Source of the DNA: Macrostomum lignano
Taxonomy: Eukaryota
Direction: 5' to 3'
DNA: 64,000 nt
Assembly: GCA_002269645.1 (NCBI GenBank)
Contig: NIVC01002878.1
Location: forward strand, 68,313 to 132,312
Numbering within the stretch: position 1 is the first letter of the stretch; every line of letters starts with the position of its first letter. Of the stretch, positions 37,125 to 49,300 are shown piece by piece. The notes beneath the pieces were generated by a model. It saw only the letters and a list, made by a program, of their open reading frames with translations, was not told the origin of the DNA and did no database searches. The position numbers and the translations under genes are program-made.

Positions 37125-38160
37125 TGAATAGCCATTTCCAGAGAGTCCCATTTCCAGAGAGTGCCATTTCTAGAAAGAGTGCCATTTTCTGAAAGTGCCA
37201 TTTCCAGAAAGAGTGCCATTTCCTAAAAGAATGCCTTTACCTGAAAGAGTGCCATTTCCAGAAAGAGTGCCATTTCCTGAAAGAGTGCCATTACCTGAAA
37301 GAGTGCCATTTCCAGAAAGAGTGCCAGTTCCAGAGAGTGCCATTTCAAGAAAGAGTGCCATTACCTGAAAGAGTGCCATTTCCTAAGAGTGCCATTTCCA
37401 GAAAGAGTGCCATTACCTGAAAGAGTGCCATTTCCTAAGAGTGCCATTTCCAGAAAGAGTGCATTTACCAGAGTGCATTTTCCAGAAAGAGTGCCATTTC
37501 CTAAGAGTGCCATTTTATAAAAGAGTGCCATTTCATAAAAGAGTGCCATTTCCTAAAATAGTGCCATTTCCTAAAAAAGTGCCATTTTATAAAAGAGTGC
37601 CATTTCATAAAATAGTGCCATTTCATAAAAGAGTACCATTTCCTAAAAGAGTGCCATTTCCAGAAAGAGTGCATTTACCAGAAAGAGTGCATTTACCAGA
37701 GTGCCTTTTCCAGAAGGAGTGCCATTTCCTAAAAGAGTGCCATTTCATAAAAGAGTGCCATTTCCTAAAAGAGTACCATTTCATAAAAGAGTGCCATTTC
37801 ATAAAAGAGTACCATTTCCTAAAAGAGTGCCATTTCCAGAAAGAGTGCATTTACCAGAAAGAGTGCATTTACCAGAGTGCCTTTTCCAGAAGGAGTGCCA
37901 TTTCCTAAAAGAGTGCCATTTCATAAAAGAGTGCCATTTCCAGAGAGAGTGCCATTTCCTGAAAAGCATGCCATTTCCTGAAAAGCATGCCATTTCCGGA
38001 AAGTGAATGCCATTATCAGAGAAAGCATGTCATTTTCGGAAAAAGGCATGTCATTTTCAAACGGAAAGTGCAATTTTCAGAAGTGTTTCCGGAGAAAGAG
38101 TACCATGTGCGTTTTCAGATTGAGTGCCATTTTTAGAAAAACTGCCATAAACAGGAAAAA
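37125..38160. repeat. Minisatellite, ~18-bp unit GAGTGCCATTTCCAGAAA, decaying rightward
   Basis: Tandem copies visible, source of the RVPF/KECHF ORFs. Confidence 0.95.
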
Positions 38161-38527
38161 AGCGTCATTTCCAGACGAATCCTGCCATTATGTGTCAAAC
38201 AGAAGCTTCTGTAACCCATAAGAAAGTTTTAAATACGTGTAATTAATTTAAATCTACGCAACAAAAAAGCTACTATGCACACTCTTCCGTACAGCACTAC
38301 TCGTTGGCCATCAGCAGTAGTAAAGCCAGGAACATATTTTACTTATAGTTTTACAATCGAAACGATTTCAGGGCGTTATTCGCCGTGAAAATCTTGTGAG
38401 AATATTCTCACGCCTTGCTTAAACTGTATATTATTCAGAACACTGCCATTAGATGGAGTCACTGTGTAACAAAAAGTAGAACTCAACACTTTGAGCAAAA
38501 CATATAATCAGACTCAAATCTGAAACC

Positions 38528-40117
38528 ATGGGCGCCAGATCGACAAAAGCTAAAATACTTCGCTGGTTGGTTTTTATGGGCGGCGTCAGCGCTTTGATCT
38601 CCGGTATTGGATCCTTGATCTTGAATTTCTGGCGTATGGGAGAGTGCAGCACCAATCCTGCGTGCAAGTGGCACCAGGGAATGCCGTGGACTTATCACAG
38701 CTACGTCGGTGAGTCTGCGCTAGTGAGCAAGCATATTATTCAGGGTGAAGATTGCAACCTCAGTGCTGAGTATTCAGGGTGAAGATTGTAGCCTCAGTCC
38801 TGATTATTCAGGGTGAAGATTGTAGCTTCAGTCCTGAATATTCAGTGTGAAGATTGCAGCCTCAGTCCTGATTAATCAGGGTGAAGATTGCAGCCTCAGT
38901 CCTGACAATATTCAGGGTGAAGATTGTAGTCTCAGTCCTGACAATATTCAGGGTGAAGATTGTAGTCTCAGTCCTGACAATATTCAGGGTCAAGATTGCA
39001 GCCTCCATCCTGAAAATATTCAGGGTAAAGATTGCAGCCTCAATCCTGACAATATTCAGGGTGAAGATTGCAGCCTTAGTCCTGAATATTCAGAATGAAG
39101 TTTGTAGTCTTAGTCATGAATATTCAGAATGAAGTTTGTAGTCTTAGTCCTGAATATTCAGGGTGAAGTTTGTAGTCTTAGTCCTGAATATTCAGGATGA
39201 AGTTTGTAGTCTTAGTCCTGAATATTCAGGATGAAGTTTGTAGTCTTAGTCCTGAATATTCAGGATGAAGTTTGTAGTCTTAGTCCTGAATATTCAGGGT
39301 AAAGTTTGTAGTCTTAGTCCTGAATATTCAGGGTGAAGATTGTAGCCTTAGTCCTGAATATTCAGGGTGAAGTTTGTAGTCTTAGTCCTGAATATTCAGG
39401 ATGAAGTTTGTAGTCTTAGTCCTGAATATTCAGGATGAAGTTTGTAGTCTTAGTCCTGAATATTCAGGATGAAGTTTGTAGTCTTAGTCCTGAATATTCA
39501 GGATGAAGTTTGTAGTCTTAGTCATGAATATTCAGGATGAAGTTTGTAGTCTTAGTCATGAATATTCAGATTGAAGTTTGTAGTCTTAGTCCTGAATATT
39601 CAGGATGAAGTTTGTAGTCTTAGTCCTGAATATTCAGGATGAAGACTAACAACCTAAGTTTGTAAAACTCTACCAAGAATTCCGGTTAGTTTCGTAGACT
39701 CTCCAAAAATTCAATTTTTATTATTTGCAGCTTAATAATAATTATTAAATACAACCGCAAATAAATCATTGCAATCAATCCACAGCATTCCCATTGGCGG
39801 TGCTGATATTTGCTGTCCTGTCCCTGCTGGTAGTCCTGGTCGTGATAATCATTGTCCTAGTAGAGCTGTGCGCTCCAAGAATCAAACTCAACGTTCGAGT
39901 CATGTGGTCGGTCGTGATCCTGCTAATCGTGTCAGGTGTACTGTTCCTCATCACCTGGATTCTGTACATCATCTGGTCGGACTATCAAGGAGGCTACCCG
40001 GCATTCAGCTTCTGGTTCTGGGTGATGGCCAATATAAATTTATTCCTGAGCGCCCCGGTGTACCGGCTGGCTATGAAGTGGGACGAGCAGCGCGGCACCA
40101 AACGAGGATTCCGTTGA
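38528..40117 (+). CDS. Four-TM claudin/PMP22-like membrane protein, 170 aa (exons 38528-38708, 39786-40117)
   Basis: GTC G|gtgagt ... cacag|CA TTC is phase 1 consistent. Four hydrophobic segments, and a first loop with W, a Cys pair and G-x-x-W. The family assignment rests on topology only. Confidence 0.75.
38735..39645. repeat. Intronic minisatellite, 30-bp unit GTGAAGATTGTAGTCTCAGTCCTGAATATTCAGG-like
   Basis: Tandem array fills the intron. Confidence 0.95.
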
Positions 40118-40734
40118 CTTTTTTCTGACTAACAAACAATATTTAACTGCCGAGTGATCAACATGCTACTCATAACAGTAATATAACAAGATAAAGTACA
40201 ATTCTGAATGATAAAAATTCACTTAAAAATTGCTTAAATTAAAACTAACACTTGATCACCATTTAGATTGTGTTCAATATGTACACGGGCGATGCAATTC
40301 CTAAAATAAATATTCAACTACTTTTCAATTACTGCAAGTAATATAGTGGATTTAATGTTGATTTTTTTCAATAGACGTATATATTTACAGCGATTGATGC
40401 TTGAAAATTTGTGTCAAAAAGTTTGATAGACATGAAAATGGAGAAAATTTTACTTGTGGATATATATATGAAACATTATTTATTACTAAATGCCCTACAA
40501 AAATACAAAGACCGAATATAAAAATATTGTTGAACTTGCTTATTAAAAACTGACTTTTTTAAAAATCATATTCAGCTGCCACTACTATAAGACATCCAAA
40601 TGCGGTGTTAATAAAATAAAATTCAATTTAGTTTAGGAACTGTAAGTTTAACAAACGGGCATTTGGCAAATGCACAGCTATAAATTGGCTAAAATGTAGA
40701 GATTAAAACATGGGAAAGGCCAGAGAGATAAGAG

Positions 40735-41185
40735 ATAAGAGAAAGAGAGACTGAGATGAGATCTGAAACTGAGATGAGAGGCCTTAGACAGAGATTAGAG
40801 ATATCAAATCAAGATAAGAGATATCAGACTGCGATGAAAGATCTCAGACTAAGAAGAGAGATCACAGACTAAGATGAGAGATGTCTGTCAGACTAAGATA
40901 AGAGATGTCAGACTAAGATGAGAGATCTCAGACTAAGAAGAGAGATCTCAGACTAAGATGAGAGATGTCTGTCAGACTAAGATAAGAGATGTCAGACTAA
41001 GATGAGAGATGTTAGACTAAGATGAGAGATCTCAGACTAAGATGAGAGATCTCAGACTAAGATGAGAGATGTCAGACTAAGATGAGAGATCTCAGACTAA
41101 GATGAGAGATCTCAGACTAAGATGAGAGATCTCAGACTAAGATGAGAGATCTCAGACTAAGATGAGAGATGTCAGACTAAGATAA
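40735..41185. repeat. 20-bp minisatellite GAGATCTCAGACTAAGATGA
   Basis: Tandem copies between two convergent genes. Confidence 0.93.
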
Positions 41186-41577
41186 GAGATCTGGGAGAGA
41201 TAAAAGCCGCCAAAGTGAGATTGTAAACAGCTCTCACAAGAGACGCAGCTAAAAACTTACGGACGCAACACAAAAGTAAGAGTACATTTTTGCAGTTCAA
41301 AACAGATGTAAAAAGGCAGACTAATTAATTAGAAATTTTATACAGAACTAAACAGATACAATAATATTGCTAAACAGTTGATATGAAGTAAAAAACAAGC
41401 TACTGACAACAAGTAATACGGTATATATGGCACTAATTATTCTTTTTTGCAAAAAAGGATGGTAGAATGTCCTACTTTCTACTCACGCGATTGAGTAGGC
41501 TAGTGAGGACATGGATTTTTCTTTTTAGAATTTTATAATAATTATAAGTATTGATAGGTGATAATTACGCATAATTG

Positions 41578-43000
41578 CTAGCGATCATCTTGAATTTGAC
41601 GCCGAACCACTTCGCTAGGCGGAGTGTCCCACAGAGCCGAGCTGCCGCGGCGACTCAGCCAGCACCGCCTCCTCCTCCGGCTATGGCCATCATCATCATT
41701 ATTATTAATAGAATCCTCATCATTAACGTCATCTGTTGAATCGCTTTTTGTCGCAACATCTTCGAATGCTCGGAACAGGCTGTCGGCCAGTTTGCTTCCG
41801 GCATCCACTGGGCGGAACACGTGCCACCAGCGAAGGCCTTCGACAGCCTGGCGAGAGAACATCCAGTGCAGATTGTCCTCGGTCACCCAGTCGGCCAGAG
41901 CATCGTCCGCGAATTCTGGCCGGCTGAAATCCGGCTCGTCCTCTTCGTCTTCATAGTCTGATAAATCTTCATCGGGCTCTGCTTCAGGTGGCTTGGCGTC
42001 TTCTGCTTTTGAGGCTTGGTCTTCAATCTGTTGCTGCTGCTGCTGCTGCAACTGGCTGGGATGATGATTCTCGTCCTGCTCAAACTCAATTGTGACGTCG
42101 CTGATTGACAGGTCGAGTTGGGGAGGCAGCGGCGTCGGTGGCGGCGGAGGCTGCGACTCCGGCTGCAGCTGATTGGAGCTCTGCAGGGCCTGCGGAGGTT
42201 TTTCGGGGCAGATAGATTTAGTAGATTGATATCTAGCGGGGCAGATAGATTTGGTAGATTGATATCTAGCAGGGCAGATAGATTTGGTAGATTGATATCT
42301 AGCAGGGCAGATAGATTTGGTAGATTGATATCTAGCAGGGCAGATAGATTTGGTAGATTGATATCTAGCAGGGCAGATAGATTTGGTAGATAGATATCTA
42401 GCAGGGCAGATAGATTTGGTAAATTGATATCTAGCAGGGCAGATAGATTTGGTAGATTGATATCTAGCAGGGCAGATAGATTTGGTAGATTGATATCTAG
42501 CAGGGCAGATAGATGATGAAACGAAAGTCAGGGAATTGGTATATTCTTACCAAGCTTCCACAACTATCAAGCAGCGGCTTGCGCAGTTCAACAATCTGCT
42601 CCAATTTCTGCATCTGCTGCGGCGATGCAGCACTAAAGACAGCCTTGACAGCGGTAGACTGCTCGCAGCAGACCTGTCGATGCTTTGCTGTCCGCGGAGT
42701 TTTCAAATTAATTTTCTTTGTCTGAGTCTGCGGCGGCTGGACAGCATGGGCTGCGGCAGCGCCAGACTTCAGTCGCTGCAGCCGCTCGCGCTGCAGTCGC
42801 TGCGCCGTCTCAAGCACGCGTCTTCTGCGCGCCTCAGCCTGAGCCGCTTTCTCAGCTCTTAACCGGTTTGCCTCGTCGCGTTGGCGTTGAAGACGCTCGG
42901 CGTCGGCGGCCAGTTTGGCTTCCAGCTGCTGCTGACGACGGCGCAACTGTTCAGCAGCATGACGCTGCCACTGCTGCTGCTGACGACGCAGAAAATTCAT
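41578..43000 (-). CDS. Unknown protein ~353 aa: coiled-coil N-terminus, polyQ/Pro/acidic middle, Trp-rich segment (exons 43000-42551, 42189-41578)
   Basis: TTG|gtaaga donor and ccgcag|GCC acceptor join two GC-rich ORFs in phase 0. Confidence 0.78.
42204..42512. repeat. Intronic 33-bp repeat CAGGGCAGATAGATTTGGTAGATTGATATCTAG
   Basis: About 9 near-perfect copies. Confidence 0.95.
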
Positions 43001-43570
43001 TTGAAAAAAACCATTAGAATGCTTTGAACTAAAATAATGGTAAAATGTCTTACTTTCTACTGATCAAATTGAGTAGGCTATAGAGAATATGAAATCTATT
43101 TAAATTTATTATTTTTAATGTTCGCACAAAAATGATGCTAAAATGTTCTACTTTCTACTATCGAGATTGAGTAGTAGGCTACTGAGGACATGGAATTTAT
43201 TTAGGCTTCAATTTTAATTTCCATGAAAATGGTGTAACATAGTTTGCTTCTATGATAACTCAATTGTTGTAGAGTCGAAGTTGAGGCATGCCAGAGTCGC
43301 CGTAGAGTCACTGACTTGATAACTGGCGTAAAGCGCATCTGCGTCACTTTATGAATTAGAACCGCCATTTCGAATCTACTTCGAATTTAGTTTTGCTAAA
43401 AAATAGCATGAAATAAACTGCTAACAGTAATAAAGTAGTCGATAAACACGCATACACTGATTTATTTGCAAGATAAATAAATAAACAAATAAATACATGT
43501 AAACACAATGAACTGACCGAAACCATAAGCTAAAAAGACAAACGTGGATAAAAGCAACTCAGACTCAAAC

Positions 43571-45110
43571 TCAATCAGTTTTGGTAACTTTTGAGAGGCC
43601 TTTACCGGCGCACAGGCACACTGCAATGATGCAAGCCATCAGCACAAACAGGCCGGCGCAGATGGCAATGTAAACTGGCGATACGCCAACTCCATTGAAG
43701 GACAGCAGGAATGCGACCACAGCGTCAACAGCGTGATCGAATGGCGTGGGAGCCGCCGGCACAGGGAATTTCTTGGCATCTGAGTAGCCGTGCCTGGCGA
43801 ATGCCAGCACAAGTCTCCAGCTGTGCAGCTGGTGCGGCAGCTTATAGAAGGCCCCGGACCGGAACAGCAGCAGACTGTTGGGCTTGGCAATGCCGAATCG
43901 AGCAGCCGTGGCGTGGGAGGCTTCGGTCAGCAGCACTCGAGCTGCGCTGACGTGCAGCGGGCGAAGCGACTGGGCCAAGCCGGTGAGGATGCGGGTTTTT
44001 GATGACAGCTGCGCATCTTTGGGATCCAGGAATGCGACAAGCCAGTGGCCTGTGGTGCTGCCTGGGTGGAGTGGGGGAGATCTTCATTCAATCTGACTTT
44101 CTAATTTGACTTCTCAGATCCTCAGCTGCTGGCTGGCCCACGAGTTTCCCAGATCCTCAGTTGCTGGGCCAGCCTCCCAGATCCTCAGTTGCTGGGCCAG
44201 CCTCCCAGATCCTCAGTTGCTGGGCCAGCCTCCCAGATCCTCAGTTGCTGGGCCAGTCTCAGATCCTCAGTTGCTGGGCCAGCCCCCCAGATCCTCAGTT
44301 GCTGGGCCAGTCTCAGATCCTCAGTTGCTGGGCCAGCCCCCCAGATCCTCAGTTGCTGGGCCAGCCTCCCAGATCCTCAGTTGCTGGGCCAGTCTCAGAT
44401 CCTCAGTTGCTGGGCCAGCCCCCCAGATCCTCAGTTGCTGGGCCAGCCCCCCAGATCCTCAGTTGCTGGATCAGCCTCCCAGATCCCCAGTTGCTAGGCC
44501 AACCGGTGGCAACCGCCACCCCACTCAAATGTAACAAATTATCTGAAGAACAATTTTAAAAGGGAATAGGTAACTTCGCATGGATATTAATGGTTATCTA
44601 CTCACCTGTGGCAGCCTGGGTTAGGCCTTCAAAATTGCCATCATCCAAGTCCTGAACAACAGCCGGTTGCTCAGTCAACCTGGCCAGCAGCTTGTCTCCA
44701 GTGAGCTCAGTCTCCGCAAACAGCAACGGTTGCCAGTCAGTCTGGCCCAGGAGCAGCAGATAAGCAACTGGCAGCTGGGCTGTCAGCTGAGGCGCCAAAG
44801 GATCTGCCTCGCCAGCTGACAGCAACCGGTAGCGACATTCAATTGACTGACCAGACATTTGAATGGCGTGACTCACTGCAGTTGAGACAGTGGCTAATTG
44901 TTTGTCAGCATTGGAATCTGAATGCTGGATGTGAACTAGCAGTACATGCGCATCATTGTTGGCTGATGGCTTTGTGGCGGCAGTTGCTTCTACCTTCTGG
45001 CACAAGTGCAGCTTCTCATTTGAGTCACTATTGCCAGTGATGACTGTTGGCATGAACAATAGCAATATGATCAGGAATGCAATGCAGGTGATTTTCATTG
45101 TTGAATTCAT
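43571..45110 (-). CDS. ER-type membrane thioredoxin-domain protein lacking CxxC (exons 45110-44606, 44061-43571)
   Basis: Signal peptide, VQDLDDGNFEGLTQAATG|STTGHWLVAF across a phase-1 GT-AG splice, GYSDAKKFPVPAAPTPFD, C-terminal TM and KxxKTD tail. Confidence 0.82.
44105..44490. repeat. Intronic 28-bp minisatellite CAGATCCTCAGTTGCTGGGCCAGCCTCC
   Basis: Tandem copies; same family at 62370-64000. Confidence 0.95.
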
Positions 45111-46532
45111 GAATAAAGGATATGAAATGATTAAATATTAAAGCATTCCTTTTAAACAATTAGACCTATGCAAAAAAGTTTGCTAAAATATTTTATAAAG
45201 AATAAAAACACACAAACAATAACTTGGGCATCTGAAATTAGGATTCTGTTTTGTTTCAAACTGGATACCAATTAAATAAAGTCATTTTTTTAATTGAAAC
45301 GTGGTTAATTTTCAAATATCAGACATGCTATAATAGGTAGGATTCTTGAAATTTCAAGACTTCTACTATAAATTTTAATTTACAAATATTTTGCAAAACA
45401 TAGAGGCTTTATAGACTTCAACAAACTTTTGCAGCTCACAAAGGCTTAGAACTATAAAAAAAGAATTTTAGATTAAATTTTTACAAATTATTTTAAAAAC
45501 TTATAAAACTACATTCTGTACAATTTTTTAAAAAAATCTTAAATAAAAGTGTTTTTATCTTATTACTATCTCTATAAAATTTAAACACTGACATTATACT
45601 TCATATTTTGTGGTAAACAAAATGATTGCATTATATTTTTTGCAAACAAAAGTGGCAGAAAAATTGGCAATAGACAAAATGACAGTCAACAACTCTGACA
45701 TTAACATATATATAAAATTATAAATCATATATATGACTATGACACAAACCTAGACAGATTTTTAATTTTTTAAATTTTTTAGTACTTTTTTACTTTCTAA
45801 AAGTTATTCTCCATCTAGCTGAATAGGAAGCAATCGCATAGGTTGAGGTCTTGACTATATGCCATAGTCCAGATGAGGTAGCATGTCATAGTCCAGATCA
45901 TGCTAGGTGCATGCCTGAACAAAAAATAAATAATTACAAATGCATACAAAAAAAATTAAGTGCATAACCACATTTGCAAATCTATACTAATGTTGCAATA
46001 ATAAATGATCTTTTTTATGTTGCAACAATAAATGACATTTATTGCATTGCATAAAGTACCCCTTTTGGCTTATAATTTGATTGATTATTTTGCTTTTTTG
46101 CTTATACTATTTACAAATACAATCTACTTTGGTAACAGCCACTCTGGTAACTGCCACAGTGCCACTTCAGTAACAAAAAATGACAGCTTTGGTAACAGCC
46201 ACTTTTATAACAGCCAGTTCAATAGCAAAGCAGATTTACAATTGTCAACTTTATATCTTTATGGTAATTACCTCTTGCAACAATTAGATAATTAATTTTA
46301 ATCTTGAATACTTAATTACCATGTATGGTTTAATTTTCTAGTTGAGCTATATTTTAATTTGTTTTAAATTTGCATGTTAACTTTATGAAACATTTGAAAG
46401 CAAAGAAAATTAAGCATTGAAATTGAAAATGAAGTAATTAATGAAGGATAAAAGTAGATTCTGTAGTTTTAAGTTGTTAACTTAGATAATCTAATGTGCA
46501 TCATATTTGATCAATTACAAGATGTCACAGTA

Positions 46533-47320
46533 GGCTCATTCCATATAAGATGAACATTTTTGGAAAATAGAAAAAAGTCAATATTTTTGCTTGCCATTGC
46601 CTTATCAGCCAATTTTTTTTACCAAATGTGTTTTATGTGTAATATCTACAATCTAAGAATAAATAAATGATAAAATGTTGGATTAGTATGTTATCAATTG
46701 GCAAAAAGTCATTTTTGTAAAAATTTGGACATTTTTCTAAGCAAAAGACATCATTAAGTTTGTGTACCTTTTAAAAATAAATAGAAAGCTTTGGAAGGTT
46801 GAAACAAACTATAGATAAAAGTATAGTACTTGCATCATCAGATAAAAGTATTGGTGACCAAATAATCTATTATATTTTTAATATATTGGTACCTCAAAGT
46901 TACTGAATTGACAGAAAAAAATATGTTACGACCATAATGTTACGACCATAAGGCTGCCTTTTCTTTTGTATCTTTGTTGCCTTTTGAGTTTATATATTCT
47001 ACAAAAAGAGTATGATTACTGAAGATGTTGTTAGTCAAATTTTAAAAAATGTATTGCAAAATATCAAAAATAAAAAAATGTTATAAGACTTTTACCTTTT
47101 AGTTTCTATATGTCAAAAATCCTGTTGTTACAACCATAAGTGCCATTCAAGGTTTAATAGCATCTATACTAATGATGATATCTACATGAAACTCTATAAA
47201 AATATTCTTGACAAAATTATCTTTCATTTAAATATTGGTTTAGTATATTCTATTATTATATTTCATTTTATAAGTAAAAATAGTCTGTCATGTTACGACC
47301 GTGCTTATATGGAATGAGCC
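46533..47320. mobile_element. MITE (788 bp), 17-bp TIR GGCTCATTCCATATAAG, 4-bp TSD; superfamily unassigned
   Basis: Perfect TIRs, TSD AGTA/AGTA, second copy inverted at 52587-53372. Confidence 0.85.
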
Positions 47321-49300
47321 AGTACATGTATCTAAGGTATCCCAAAATTAAAATAGATTGATAAAAACACTTTTTTAAAAGATAAACATATGCAGATTTG
47401 CAGTTTATTTCATCAATCTAAATCTCTCAAAGTGTACGAGAATGTTTCTTAGGCCTAATTATTTTTGTTGTTCTTTTTAAGAAGTTCATTGGTGCATTCT
47501 TTTGGACCATATCAATTAACATACATTCCCAACACCTGTCCAACCTGTTTGAACTAGATAGGTGAAATGGCCACAAGCCAAGGTAAGTCACAAAATCAAA
47601 AACATGAAAAATGAAAAATTGGTAGAAGAAAGAAGAGGAAAAGAAAAGGAAAAGAAAGAAAAGAAAATAGAGAGAAAGGAAGAGAAGAGAGAAAGAAAAA
47701 GAGAAAAAAGAGAAAAAGGCAAGAAAAATTATATACAGAGTGAAAATTAAGTTGCAATCACAGGGAACTAAGTTGCAATCGAGAGGAACTAAGTCACAAT
47801 TAGGAGAATCTAAGTCACAAATCTAGACAAAAGTCAAAACCAAGTTGCACCAGATAGATGAAATTTTGAGGTTGGGCATATATGTCAATAATATGGCTAT
47901 AGGCCCTATACATGTACTATTATTGTCATTTGTTAGGCCTACTAAAGTGGCTATTACCAAAATGGCTATTACCAAAGTAGTAATTTTTGCTACCAAAGCA
48001 TAAAATTTACAACATAAAATCAATATAAGCAAGGCTTTGTTTAAATGCCTTACTAATAAGCTTTAAAAACTATAATGCTTGAAACTAACACTTAAAAATG
48101 AATGAACTTTCTTTATCTTTTTTTTATTTAATACTAACTTTTCTATCTGTTTTGTTATATAAAGTGCATGCTAGGTGTATATATATATTATTTTTTAAGA
48201 GTAATGAATGTCAACTATGCATGCCTACTTTTGATGTGCAAGCCAATGGCAATGCATATCTAAAATTTTGGGCATATTACTATATTAACTACATGATCCA
48301 AAATGTGGATTGCATACTAAAAAATGTAGGCCCTAGCCTGATTAGTGATTTCATAAAAAATATTTTATATTGCATTAGCTAAATATAAAACAAAGTAATT
48401 ACATTTAAAACAAAGTCATAATAAGCTTGAAGATTAAAGAAAGTAGATGCTTAATTAGGATTTATATCAGGGGGAGGGGCAGATATAAATATATCTTTAC
48501 ATATGGCAATATCCAAGGGGGCAATATTTCCCTAGGCCTAACTAACTGTACAGCCACTGGCAAACTCGTCGTTTCGTCAACTAAGCCTGGTTCTCGAGTA
48601 AATTCACCAACTGTTACTGTTGAATGAAATTTCAAAATTAATTCGGTGGACGAGGACGAGTTCACCGTTTAAACGGACCCAATCCAATTGAACAGCATAA
48701 TTTCAAAACAACTTCTATATTTCTGTTGACTAGACCCCTGCGTAAGAACTCTCACACCGTAATGAAACACGGTTCCACACAGCAATTTAATGTATCAATA
48801 AAAGCTTATTATATCAAGTTATTATATTGTTAGTTCTTATTATATCCTCTATCCCATGAGTTGTTTCATGTTTGTGCACTCAAATGCTACAATGAAGCTG
48901 TGTTTAAACTTTTCTTCGAAAATGCCTGACACAACAAACTGTTTTGTACTGCTGTATTTATTTTTAATTATATTAAAAAATAAAATAAAAATTTAAGCAA
49001 AAACTTTACAAAACATGAGTTATTTAAACATTCATGCATTTTTAAGGCCTTTTTGCTTAAATTATCAAATGGTTTCATGGAAGAACTTATTTCAGAAACC
49101 AGGCAGAATCAGGCAGGTCTAGGCAGGGAGCGGGACCTCAGTAGCGAGCATCCCTCGTCTGTTCTTTTTGTGTTCATAGTATTTTTTCTATTGCTTCATA
49201 CAATCTCTCTCATAGCATTAAAAAATTATATTATTTAAAATATTCAGCAAATGTCAACTTTCTTCTTATAAAAGAGTTCCTAGACGGTCTTGACCTAGTC

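Noticed and set aside
42204-42512. Coding PARYQSTKSIC repeat (open in the exon-2 frame)
   Set aside because: Out of frame with exon 1, and strong GTAAGA donor and CAG acceptor flank it, so it is intronic.
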